64,000 bases of DNA, taken from positions 1,234,293 through 1,298,292 of the forward strand of contig NW_003314289.1 in NCBI RefSeq assembly GCF_000143415.4. Direction: 5' to 3'. The position numbers and the translations under genes were made by a program. The stretch's first letter is position 1. Every line of letters starts with the position of its first letter. Below the pieces are notes generated by a model, which was not told where the DNA came from, searched no databases, and was given only the letters and a program-made list of their open reading frames with translations. Below are positions 1 through 10,828 of the stretch, piece by piece. This DNA is from Selaginella moellendorffii. Taxonomy: Eukaryota > Plantae > Lycopodiophyta.

Positions 1-98
1 AGGGAGTGCACTGGAGATACACCCAAAGGAGGGCTGATGCCACATCATCGCCAGGTAAGTGGAGAGAGAGTGAATCAGGATGGTGTTTAATGGGAGGC

Positions 99-1184
99 AT
101 CCAGATGGGATGGAGTGGCTATACGAAGACGAGGAATTCGATGTGGATGATCCACAGGATGTTCAGAATGCGTGCTATGGTATTCGGACCTTTAGCGGAG
201 AGAGATTGGAAGATATGTTGATGAATGCTAGGAGGTTGATTGCACAGCGATGCTTCGAGCAGAAGGTGTTCCGTCTGGTTGAGCCCGAGAGCGACAGCGA
301 CTTAAGTTGGATTGAGCCAGAGGCTGTTGCGATGCGGGACAGGTTCCAGGATCTCGTGGCCCGTGTGTTCTTCCAGGGGACTCTGGTGGGAGGAGGCGCT
401 TTGATTCATCCCGATGGCTCGATTCTCACATCGATTTCCTGTCTTCCCAAGCCCCGTGGGGATCCAGACCACGTCTTTGAGGTGGAATTCAAGTTCCTCA
501 AGGTCAAGTACTCAGCCAGAGCTATGGATCTAGACGAGTTTTCTTTTACGGCGGTGCTAGTTCCCATTGAGGATCAGACCTCAACATTCCATGGCAAGCA
601 GTGTTTCGACCGACATGTAGCGGTGTCCGACTGTGACCAGATCCTTTACGCCTTTCAGCTGGGTATGGATGTCCCCAAGAAACGTCCAACCTCTATGGAT
701 CTCAAACAGCTATGTGTCAAGCAAGGGATTACCATTCGAAGCAAAGCCAAGCCCAAGGTTTCAGAGCTCGTGGCGGCCTTGGAAGAATTCCGAGTGATCA
801 AGATGGTTTGCTATGATGACATTGGGATGCATGGAGAGCTCGCACTGTCCATGGGGGCCGTGGGTGACATGGCTATAGGGTGCCCGGTTCTAAATACTTG
901 GGGACGAATGGTTGGAGTTATTTCGGCTATCCACAACGTTCCAGAGCGAGCCAAAGATCCACCGCTGCTTACTTTCTTTGGGGGAAGGGAGCCTTGCGAG
1001 TTCCAGTGCGTCGATGATTTTAAAGAAAGCAGATCTTCTGAAGGAGCTGAGGGACAATGTTGTGGCTGCTAAAACCATTGTGGAGTTTGCTAACGATCTC
1101 AACACATAGTACCCGAGCTTGGAGTGGCAGGAAAGGAATTCTCTCGAGAACTTCAGGAAAAGGAGGTTCAAGGATGAAGCTTAA
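99..1184 (+). pseudogene. Disrupted copy of the trypsin-like/SAP-insert gene at 7555-8706
   Basis: Near-identical to 7610-8706. The 5' end is replaced by unrelated sequence upstream of 99. There is a +1 frameshift near 1018 (gatgattttaaag vs gctgatttgaag) and a nonsense change (aacacaTAG vs aacacaAAG) near 1107. Confidence 0.85.
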
Positions 1185-1495
1185 ACTCATACTTTTCTAT
1201 GTAAAGGTTTTTACTACTTTTAATAATAATTTAGCTTTAGGAAAGGAATGGAGCTTAGTTTTCCTTTTCCAACGGCCAACTCCGAACCTAACAAGCAAAT
1301 GTTGCAACACTAACGCTTTGCCTTGTGATGCGATTGGTCTCTACTGTCAAAACAGGCCTTCTCAAACATTGCTTTATTCCAAGAAATGTTCACTACAGGA
1401 ATCATCAGAAGAAAACGTAGACCCAGCGGACACTTCCCAGCAAGGTGGTGTCGGGTGATGACGAGGTGGAGCTCCGGTTCTCTACAACGTACACG
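99..1495 (+). repeat. Local segmental duplication, copy 1 (copy 2 at 7610-9253)
   Basis: Colinear near-identity covering the gene, its 3' flank and ATG4-derived fragments. Copy 1 lacks roughly 8880-9135 of copy 2. Confidence 0.9.
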
Positions 1496-1932
1496 GAGAT
1501 AACGCCAGGACCAAAGCATAGCTGAAAGCTCTCAATCTCTCAGTGACAATTTCATGGGGGTAGTGTATGTTTCTATACGATAATTTTTTTAAAGGCTTTT
1601 TTGTAAATATTTTCTAGGGGGAAGGACCAAAGGGATTCCATAGATCTATTAAAGAGATATCCGTACGATTAAAGAGATTAAATCTTCCTCATAAACATAA
1701 GATTATAAAAAGATGTTTTGACGGACTACACAAATTTAGACCTTAAGCACAATGTCAATAAAATATTGAAAAAATCATATTCATTTATATTTTAAGTAAA
1801 TGAATTCATTAGGGTTGACTTACACCAACGTCCTTGAATATTTACAAAAAAGCCTTTACAAAATTATACGAAACTGTCACTGAGAGATTGAGAGCTTTCA
1901 GCTATGCTTTGGTCCTGGAAGTTGTCTCCGTG
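1492..1932. mobile_element. MITE-like / fold-back element with long imperfect terminal inverted repeats
   Basis: cacggagataacgccaggaccaaagcatagctgaaagctctcaatctctcagtgaca (from 1492) is the near reverse complement of 1875-1932. A second inverted block pairs about 1578-1612 with 1837-1870. The core is AT-rich and non-coding, with TA on both flanks (1490-1491, 1933-1934). Confidence 0.7.
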
Positions 1933-1947
1933 TAGTACTGGTCACGG

Positions 1948-3417
1948 ATGGATCAGTTCCGCCAGCAGCTGGAGCTGATCGCGCAGGAGCAAGCCATCAT
2001 GAAGTCGATCGCACATCCAAACGTCGTCAAGCTCCTGGGGATGATCAGTGAGGATGAGCACGACGAGCTCTCCACGAAGTACCTGGTGATGGAGTTCTGC
2101 GAGGGTGGCGATCTGGATCACTACATTCACCTCAACAAGAAGGTCAGCGCTGGGGTCGCGAGGACGATCATGCTCCAGCTAGCGGCGGCGCTCCAAGAGC
2201 TCCGGAGGATGAACTTGATCCACCGGGACCTCAAGCCCCACAATCTCCTGCTCAAGAACAAGGTCGCGCCGGGGTCAGATCCAGAGGGAGAAGCGATCGT
2301 GGTGAAGCTCACGGATTTTGGGCTGGCGAGGAAGCTCCAGCCGCAAGGAATGGCTTAAACAATGTGTGGAACGTATCTCTACATGGCCCCGGAAGTGATC
2401 TCGCACAACAAGTATGACGCCAAGGCCGATCTCTGGAGCGTCGGGGTGATGCTCTACCAGATGATCACTGGGCGGAGGCCGTTCGAGGCCTGCAGTAGCG
2501 AAGATCTCTTCCGCAAGCTCGGGAACAAGATCCAGTTTCGAGGAGAGGATTACTGGGATCCGGATTGCCGCGATCTTTGCGAGGGGCTGCTGAGGAAGAA
2601 TCCCTTGGAGAGGATATCTTTCGAGGAGTTCTTCAATCACAAGTTCCTGCGAGGATCGAGCAAAGCTGCACTGGTTTGCGATCAAGAGAAAGCCGACAGC
2701 GTTGCGATCTTACACCGAGCGCCACGGCCACTGGAGACGATCCCCGGGGATCGCCAGCGGCCTGTGAGAGGGAGGAATCCACTGATGGACTCCATTGAAG
2801 AGAGGATTGCCAGAGAGTATGTGATGGTGTCTAGCCCCAGCTCTTCAAAGAACAAGCATCCTCACTGCCCGATTCCAAAGCCAGCACCGCCGCCGCCGCG
2901 TGCGCATCCACCGAGCAAGAATTCGAGCAAGGAAGATCTGGAGCGCAGCGAAACCCTGCGAATCTGCGCCAAATTGCTAGGCGAAGTGGCAAGATTCAAG
3001 CTACAAGACAGTAAGAAGCTTGAATCCCTCTCGCTCTGCCTCGCCGCGCTTGGATCGCTCAAGCGCGCCTTGAGCATTGCCACCACGCCCCAGCTCTTGG
3101 AGGATTTCTCGGCCGCCCTGGACGAAACCGAGGCCGTAGCGGCGAATCTCGACAGGAGCTCGGATCAGGCGCTGCCAGATGCGGCGGAGATAATCTATCA
3201 GGCAGCGCTGGCGGCAGGGAGAGCCGGGGCAGTGGACGAGATCCTGGAGAAGCGAGGGCGAGCATCGGTCGAGTATGCCAAGGCATCAACGTTGCTCTTC
3301 TTTCTCATCATGGATGACTCCCCGATCCACCTACATTCGTTAGATGTTGCTAGCGCACACCATTGCTTCCACGCTATAACAGTGCGTCACAAGCAGTGCA
3401 AGAACGCCAGCCACTGA
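1948..3417 (+). pseudogene. ATG1: Intronless ATG1/ULK-type Ser/Thr kinase pseudogene
   Basis: HRDLKPHN, DFG and YMAPE kinase motifs, an AIM-like EYVMV, and an ATG1-like C-terminal MIT region (LPDAAEIIYQAAL...GAVDE). In-frame TAA at 2356-2358 (GMA*TMCG). The Gly-rich loop and VAIK subdomains are missing next to the MITE. Confidence 0.8.
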
Positions 3418-3660
3418 TTTCTTTAAATTATATTAATACTAAATAATACTTCATTTATTAGTTTGTAGCCATAATTATTTTTTATTTTTATTATTTTATT
3501 TAAAAGAGTGTTTTTTTTTTTACGAATATTTTATCTTATTATACCAAATGTTTCATTATAGTTTATTCAATTTGCACTCAATGTTAATATGTGATTTCCA
3601 ATGTATTTATTCATTTATCTAGATATAAAATTGATATTTTGGGGCTCAATATATCAAGTT

Positions 3661-3893
3661 ATGGGTAGTTCAAAAAGTTTAATTATATTACTACTTCTAG
3701 CATATTTAATAGTTACACAATCCCGTGATTTATTTAATAATACTATATCTAGAACAGGTAAATTATATTTAAACTTTTTCTAATTCATTTTTATATTTAT
3801 ATTCTTTCAGTGCCATGTCTTCCACAATATCATGCATGTTGGCCAATATTTTCTGTATGTTGTGATGACAGAACTTGTGTTTTTGTTTGTTAG
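3661..3893 (+). CDS. Small secreted cystine-knot (knottin-like) peptide, 59 aa, two exons (3661-3757, 3811-3893)
   Basis: Signal peptide MGSSKSLIILLLLAYLIVTQS and a canonical 53-nt GT-AG phase-1 intron. Exon 2 encodes PCLPQYHACWPIFSVCCDDRTCVFVC* with C-x6-C-x6-CC-x4-C-x3-C spacing. Confidence 0.7.
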
Positions 3894-4825
3894 TATAGTT
3901 TGGTATTATTAAAAATTTCTTATACTAATTTGATTTCTTTTTGTGGAAAAGATTATTTATTAAAAATTAATTCATATTTATTTGTTGATATACTAATATA
4001 AAACTTTCCATTTTATGATAATATATATTTTGGTTCTCAATTTTATATTTATAGTTCCCCCTTTTGCCTTTAGAAATCATTGAGGATGTATGTTGAACAA
4101 CATAGAAAAGACTACAAGCATTGACAATGTCAAGAATATTGATGTTATAGTTCTACTTGACTAAAAACTTTTATATTAGAAGCACACCACCCTTCCTAAC
4201 CTCTAATCCTACCAATTCCTGACTGATCCTAAGGTCTATTGCTCTAATTCTTGCTCTAATTGTGTGCATCAAGATCTTACTCTTGCTCTACATACACTTC
4301 TTCCATTATTTGAGTTCTCTTGAGCCAACAACACTAGGTCGTTCTTGGGCTAACTTTCTCTAGTTATAGAACATAGAAGTAGACACATTAGCTTGCATGT
4401 ACACCATTTTGTAATTCTCTATATGTGAAGTAAAATCATAAGGTCTTCTTAATATAAAAACATAGATATAAAACTCAGTTTGTGCCTGCATTTTATCCAT
4501 AACTTTAGCTTTTGATCTCTCTGTTTTTGTTCTTCTTCAAGCTGGATTGTATAGTCAATCAAGGCATGTTCTCAATGCCTAGATGACAGCAGCATGTTCT
4601 TCACCTTGTTGGAGCTGGTGCATTGTTGGTTTCGCATAATCTAAGCTTTTGGAATGGGTTAATCTAACAGCCCAATGCTAAAGGTATTGCATTCCAAAAG
4701 GGAAGAATTTAGGATACCTTCCAAGTCATCTTGAAGATGTCATACATTAGGGCTTTCTGTTGTGTCCATTAGTGTAGTGTGCTTAATCCCGATTTATCTC
4801 ATGGTATTGGAGTTGGGATAGTGCT

Positions 4826-5770
4826 ATGGAAGGAAAACCATCCATCTGCAAGTTTGATGAAGAAGGTTTTGAGGGATTCAATATCCATTTTGAATCCTAC
4901 CTCTTGTTTCATGGTTTATTGGGGGTTGTAGATGGGACAGAGCTGGGGCTCTAGCATTGTTGAGGTGCATGACTGGATTCCAAGGCTAGAAGGAGCAGTG
5001 CAATGTGCCTGTCAAATGTTTTCTTTGCTACTTCATTAATTCCCAAATTCATTTTTGCAGCACTCTGGAAATGTTTGAGTACCTACAGCACCAAGAGTGA
5101 GATGGATATCTTCAACATCCATTCACAAATGGACTCCCTTAGGGTAGAGGAAAATGGTATTATATAGATTTATATTGCCAAGCTCTAGGGCTTCTTCACA
5201 CAGCTTGCAACTGTTGGAGAATGAGTATGGCTATCTCAACTCAGCAAGCAGCCCTCGAGCTTAGACTAGTTCCCCGCTAAAAGTAGTGAGTGCAATGTAC
5301 TTGGCTTCTATGTTAGAAAACACTACCACAAGTTGTTGCTTGGAGGCCCATGCAATGACACTTCTTGAGAAGCAAAAGCAGATTCTAGAAGTTGAGAAAT
5401 GGCCTTTATTGTTAGCAAAGATAACATTGATGTAGCATGTCAATAATGCATCACCTCCCGAATAAAAAATGCACTTGGCAGCCACAAGCACAAAAAAGAT
5501 ACACACACTAGCCATTTTGATAACCAGTGAAAATGTTACATCATAATGAAGGTCACAGGCAAGATGAATTTCTTTTTGGGATCTAGCTTTTTCAAAAGTT
5601 GATCAAGGATATGTGTATAGAAAGTGGGACATATTAGGACTAGAGTCTATCCAAACCATGGTGTGAGCAGCATGGCCATGTCCAAGAACCCTATCCAACA
5701 TGCTAGCTCAAAGCACATTGAAGTCCAATTTCACTACATGTGTGGGCTGGTCGACTGCAGCACCCATCAC
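4826..5770. mobile_element. Degenerate, internally rearranged Ty1/copia remnant
   Basis: Gag-like pieces on + (YLLFHGLLGVVDG). RNase H motif IAWASKQQLVVVFSNIEAKYIA on - (5261-5515). RNase H motif SKNPIQHASSKHIEVQFHY on + (about 5670-5740). Confidence 0.75.
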
Positions 5771-6339
5771 CAAGCCATTGAGGCCACACTAGTTTCAGCT
5801 CCTGTGCAACAGATTTGGTTTGGTAAGTGACACTCCTCACCACATATACAGTAGGGCTTGATTTGTATCAGAAGAGTGAGCTTAAAACCCTCTACTACGA
5901 GCCAAGTCGAGAGCTTTCCTCAAGCCACCCAGCTCGGTTGTCCTTCACGCACGTCATTGTTCTTGGAACTCCTTCGATTGCTGTAAGTTTCTTTCCTTGT
6001 TCTTAGTTCTTCATATCTTACCGACAATTTATGTAGCTCGGGTATACTTCTTGGACGCAAGCTGATACGAAACATTATACATTTTATGGTGACCTCCTCT
6101 CGGGAACTTGGGATGTATGGGGAAGGATAGCTGGCCATAAAGGAGTATGTTTTCTATTCAAGTTCATGCATTGTTTAGCTGATTTCTTATCTTGGCATGC
6201 AGGCGTTAGTAGCAGCCGCTATTGGTAGCCATGGCAATCGAACAAAAGGAGAAAAGCTTTACAATTGCTTTACATTATTATTTCCTTCACTGTAAGTCAT
6301 GTACATTTATTCCAGTTACATACCGAGTAAAAGTCCTTG

Positions 6340-7220
6340 TGCAGGTTCCAACTTATAGTGCTGATGTGCCAAACACCTGCAAGGAACTTTGGGTGTTCGC
6401 TAATTCTCTTTTGTCTCTGTTTTCTTATGTTTGGTCCTTTTCAGTTGGTATCATATATGGCGGGGATTGTTTTTTCAATGCTTGGGCTAGTTGTTTGCTG
6501 CGCAGCAGCCCATACGGGAAAATAATTTTGTGCCAAACAAACCTTAAGAAGGCGTGAGGAGCTCTCGATCAATGGTTCCATATGCCTCTTGGAGCTCTAC
6601 TTTGATCGGGCTTTGTTTCATCACTGAAACACCTCGCTGGGAAAAGAGTTCAATTTTCTCCTCAATATTGGAAATGCCGATCGTAGCAAAGATCTTGCTG
6701 CGGCTCTTCAGAAACTAGGAGGAAAAGATTATAACATAAGCTCGGAGCTTTCAGAGATTCAGGTAATGGGAACGTTTAGTTTTCACTATAACATGAAGTG
6801 CATTAGAACGTTGCAGAGATATCCGCTAGTTACAGAGCTATTTCGATTACGACTCTCCCAAGCTCTTTCTTCCTTTGTCCGTTTGTCTCAACATGAATAT
6901 TTTTTCTGTATAGCCAGGAATAGGCCTCATGGCCTCGCAGCAATTTAGTGGAGTCAACACAGTCATGCTCTATGCCGTTGAGATTTTCCGTACAGTCTAG
7001 CTACTTTTCTTGCAGGATTGAAGTTAGCAAACGCAGCTTCCTAGCCATGTTACAAGTAATTCTTGTGTATTGATTTTTGCACGAAAGATCGTTTTCTGTA
7101 TAACAGGTAACCGTGACACTCACCTTGGAAAAGGCTGGATATTGCAAATCATGTATAGTTATCATCCGGAGGCATGGCTCTCAGCGCTTTTCTTGTGGGA
7201 TTCTCATTCTTTCTACGTGT
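6340..7220 (+). pseudogene. ERD6-like / sugar-porter MFS transporter pseudogene fragment
   Basis: Spliced fragments translate to QVPTYSADV, LFFITETPRW, ALQKLGGKDYNISSELSEIQ, GIGLMASQQFSGVNTVMLYA and SSGGMALSAFLVGFSFFL. Frames are broken. Confidence 0.7.
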
Positions 7221-7554
7221 AAGCTTAAAAAGATGCAATGACTTGCGAATGTTCGCGTAGCATTTTTTTTTCCTCGCGACAGAACTCATTCATTACCTTC
7301 TGGTAAGAAAAACCTTTTAAGTAAGCGTTCTAACTAAGTGACGCATCTTTCGATCCCAATGCAGAAGCTCCCAAAGCTAGCTATATGGTCTAGAGTTTGG
7401 TTTGAAAATTGAAAGAAGTCAATCCAATTTTATGTTGTATCGTTTTCTTTTGGTCCCGGAAAGTATGTCAACCGGAAGCCTTAAATTGGGCGCCTTTCTA
7501 AATTGAAGATAGAAAATGGTGAAATTCCCTAAAACTTTTTAGGCGATTGGAGCT

Positions 7555-8706
7555 ATGGTTGAAAGCGTTATTGGACGAGAGAAAGGTCGTCCAAAGCGCC
7601 CCAGGTATGATCCAGATGGGATGGAGTGGCTATACGAAGACGAGAAATTCGATGTGGATGATCCACAGGATGTTCAGAATGCGTGCTATGGTATTCGGAC
7701 CTTTAGCGGAGAGAGATTGGAAGATATGTTGATGAATGCTAGGAGGTTGATTGCACGGCGATGCTTCGAGGAGAAGGTGTTCCGTCTGGTTGAGCCCGAG
7801 AGCGACAGCGACTTAAGTTGGATTGAGCCAGAGGCTGTTGCGATGCGGGACAGGTTCCAGGATCTCGTGGCCCGTGTGTTCTTCCAGGGGACTCTGGTGG
7901 GAGGAGGCGCTTTGATTCATCCCGATGGCTCGATTCTCACATCGATTTCCTGTCTTCCCAAGCCCCGTGGGGATCCAGACCACGTCTTTGAGGTGGAATT
8001 CAAGTTCCTCAAGCTCAAGTACTCAGCCAGAGCTATGGATATAGACGAGTTTTCCTTTACGGCAGTGCTAGTTCCCATTGAGGATCAGACCTCAACATTC
8101 CATGGCAAGAAGTGTTTCGACCGACATGTAGCGGTGTCCGACTGTGACCAGATCCTTTACGCCTTTCAGCTGGGTATGGATGTCCCCAAGAAACGTCCAA
8201 CCTCTATGGATCTCAAACAGCTATGTGTCAAGCAAGGGATCACCATTCGAAGCAAAGCCAAGCCCAAGGTTTCAGAGCTCGTGGCGGCCTTGGAAGAATT
8301 CCGAGTGATCAAGATGGTTTGCTATGATGACATTGGGATGCATGGAGAGCTCGCACTGTCCATGGGGGCCGTGGGTGCCATGGCTATAGGGTGCCCGGTT
8401 CTAAGTACTTCGGGACGAATGGTTGGAGTTATTTCGGCTATCCACAACGTTCCAGGGCGAGCCAAAGATCCACCGCTGCTTACTTTCTTTGGCGGAAGGG
8501 AGCCTTGCGAGTTCCAGTGCGTCGCTGATTTGAAGAAAGCAGATCTTCCGAAGGAGCTGAGGGACAATGTTGTGGCTGCTAAAACCATTGTGGAGTTTGC
8601 TAACGATCTCAACACAAAGTACCCGAGCTTGGAGTGGCGGGAAAGGAATCCTCTCGAGAACTTCAGGAAGAGGAGGTTCAAGGAGGCACCCCTTGATGAA
8701 GCTTAA
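7555..8706 (+). CDS. Trypsin/HtrA-like fold pseudo-protease with an inserted SAP/HeH-like motif and basic NLS-like ends (383 aa, intronless)
   Basis: Intact ATG-TAA ORF. GGGALIHPDGSILTS, FTAVL and GCPVLSTSGRMVGVI align with the HtrA motifs GSGFI..DG.ILTNAH, DLAVL and SGGPLLN..G.VIGI. Confidence 0.6.
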   Translation: MVESVIGREKGRPKRPRYDPDGMEWLYEDEKFDVDDPQDVQNACYGIRTFSGERLEDMLMNARRLIARRCFEEKVFRLVEPESDSDLSWIEPEAVAMRDRFQDLVARVFFQGTLVGGGALIHPDGSILTSISCLPKPRGDPDHVFEVEFKFLKLKYSARAMDIDEFSFTAVLVPIEDQTSTFHGKKCFDRHVAVSDCDQILYAFQLGMDVPKKRPTSMDLKQLCVKQGITIRSKAKPKVSELVAALEEFRVIKMVCYDDIGMHGELALSMGAVGAMAIGCPVLSTSGRMVGVISAIHNVPGRAKDPPLLTFFGGREPCEFQCVADLKKADLPKELRDNVVAAKTIVEFANDLNTKYPSLEWRERNPLENFRKRRFKEAPLDEA

Positions 8707-8799
8707 ACTCATATACTTTTCTTTGTAAAGGTTTTTACTACTTTTAATAATAATTTAGCTTTAGGAAAGGAATGGAGCTTAATTTTCCTTTTCCAACGG

Positions 8800-9253
8800 C
8801 CAACTCCGAAGCTAACAAGCAAATGTTGCAACGCTAACGCTTTGCCTTGTGATGCGATTGGTCTCTACTGTCAAAACAGATCCTTCTCTTGCACTGGGTT
8901 TCTACTGTTTGTGTTTGACGGTAGAAACCCAGCGCGAGAAACCAAAATCTGAGAAAGCACGGCTCAAAACTACAAGGGAGAAGGATAGATTGTATCCAGT
9001 GGCATTACTGCAAAACCAAATCGCCACGACCAGCGAGAGGTTTTGATTCACGAGAACCTATCACACCTGCAACCAAGCTCACACTGAGTGAGAAAACGAA
9101 AAGACCTTGGAGCGGCACTTTGTGGGAAAGCAAACGTCGCTTTATTCCAAGAAATGCTCACTGTAAGAAAGAAAACGTAGGCCCAGCAGACACTTCCGCA
9201 AGGTGGTCTCGGGTGATTACGAGGTGGAGCTCCGGTTCTCTACAACGTACACG
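8800..9253 (-). pseudogene. Scrambled ATG4 gene fragments (shorter copy at about 1275-1495)
   Basis: Matches ATG4 exon and intron sequence at about 11390-11480, 11515-11620, 11827-11852 and 11983-12064, with deletions and local inversions. Confidence 0.8.
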
Positions 9254-9334
9254 TGGCCACCGTTTCTAATCGATTTTCACAAAATAAATAAGCGTTAAGT
9301 TAGGGTTGTTTCCGTGAATGCTCTAGAGTGCGAG

Positions 9335-10828
9335 ATGTCAAGGCCCAGTGTAAGCTTTCAATTCTAGATTTTCTATTTTCTTAGCTCGTTTTCCCCTGTG
9401 TAGTACAAGAGTTATCCGAAGGTTGTGGAGCCCAAAGAGCGAATACTTGAGCACCGCAAGGGGAAATCTGCTGCTGCCGCAGTGGCTTCGAGGGCCACGG
9501 ATAATGCACTGCAGAAGTTGGCTGAGGAAACCAAAGAGACTGCCGAGTCTGCCCGAGCAAGTGAGCGTGTTGAAGGGTTGAAGCAGACTGTGGAAGAGGT
9601 AAAGAAGCAAAGCGTGAGCCAGCCGCCATCGGTGTCTACTACAAGCAAGAGGAAGAAGTGGTTTGTCACGGATCCTGCCGAGATTGCCCCTCACTTCTAC
9701 GACAAAGATTTGTTCCGAGCTAACTTCCCGCTGATTGATGTGGAGGAAATTCCAGAAGGCCACCCATTTCCTGTCCCAGACAAGTTCGAGGGTGCTGTGC
9801 TTGACGACGAGGCAACTCGGGTTGCGAGGAAGAAGTGGATCAGTAGGCTGTTCGATGCCATCAGCGCTTACAAGGCCCCGGAGAATGAGAAACAAGCGTT
9901 TCCTTTGCATTTTGCGTTTTTGGAGCCTCTCCAGAAGCTGACGAGGCCCTCCAGGTACGATTTGCAGAAGCATGAAGAATGCTGTGGAAAGAGGAAATGG
10001 CGGTACGAGGACATCCGTGATATTGGCAGGCCGAAGCCCAGAAAGACTGGATCCGAGGAGCACGAAGGCATGTACTTGGAAGTGCCAGAACCGCATCATC
10101 CTGGTGAAGATGACTCAGATGACGAGGAAGCTGTGGAAGTGAAAGGAGGTCTCAAAGACGTTCCAACCGGTTCTGCGGGCGGTGTCATCCACGTCTTCGA
10201 TGATCCTCAGCTCGGCATCACTGCTCGTGGCAACCCGGACAAGGTGGCAGCGGTTCTAGAACGAAACTTCTTTGAAGACAAGCTCAAGTGGAATGGACGT
10301 TTTCGAGGAGGCTTCTACGCTGTGAAGCACTGCCTTGACAACCTGCGAAAAGGTCACGGAAGTGTGATTTATGTGCTTGTCATGGCCTCTGCAACATGGA
10401 CGTATGGGATCCTTGTCCCTGAAGGCTGCGTAGAGATTCGCAATGGCACGATCGAAAGCGAGTCTATGGAACAGTTCCAGAAACACCAGGCTATGACAGG
10501 GCAGTCCTCGGCGAATTTGGAGGCGCTGCAAGTGAAGCTTAAGACCGGAACGGCATTTTACCGACGCTGCTATCGTGATAACCCGGCTGCAGTGTACAAA
10601 GATGGCCCCATGCTTGTTGGGAAATTCTACTTGTGCTCTACTTGGTTCCGGCTACCCAGGATGGTGGTCGGGGGAGGTCGCGATCCCGGCGGCCGCAGGC
10701 TGTTCGATGGTCTCCTCAGGCTTGTTATTGGAGACTCGGTCATGGATCTGACCAAGGAAGACTTTGAGCTCAGGATGCGTCTCAGGAAGGAGATGAAAAT
10801 GCAGCGGCAGGATGCGTGGTTCTCATGA
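9335..10828 (+). CDS. Putative PD-(D/E)xK restriction-endonuclease-fold protein (Crinkler-REase-like), two exons (9335-9349, 9404-10828)
   Basis: ATGTCAAGGCCCAGT|gtaagc...tgtgtag splices in frame to the 467-aa ORF. Motifs ENEKQ...RGNPD...FFEDK...VIYVLVMASATWTYGIL, plus an N-terminal coiled coil and a basic KRKK. Confidence 0.55.
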
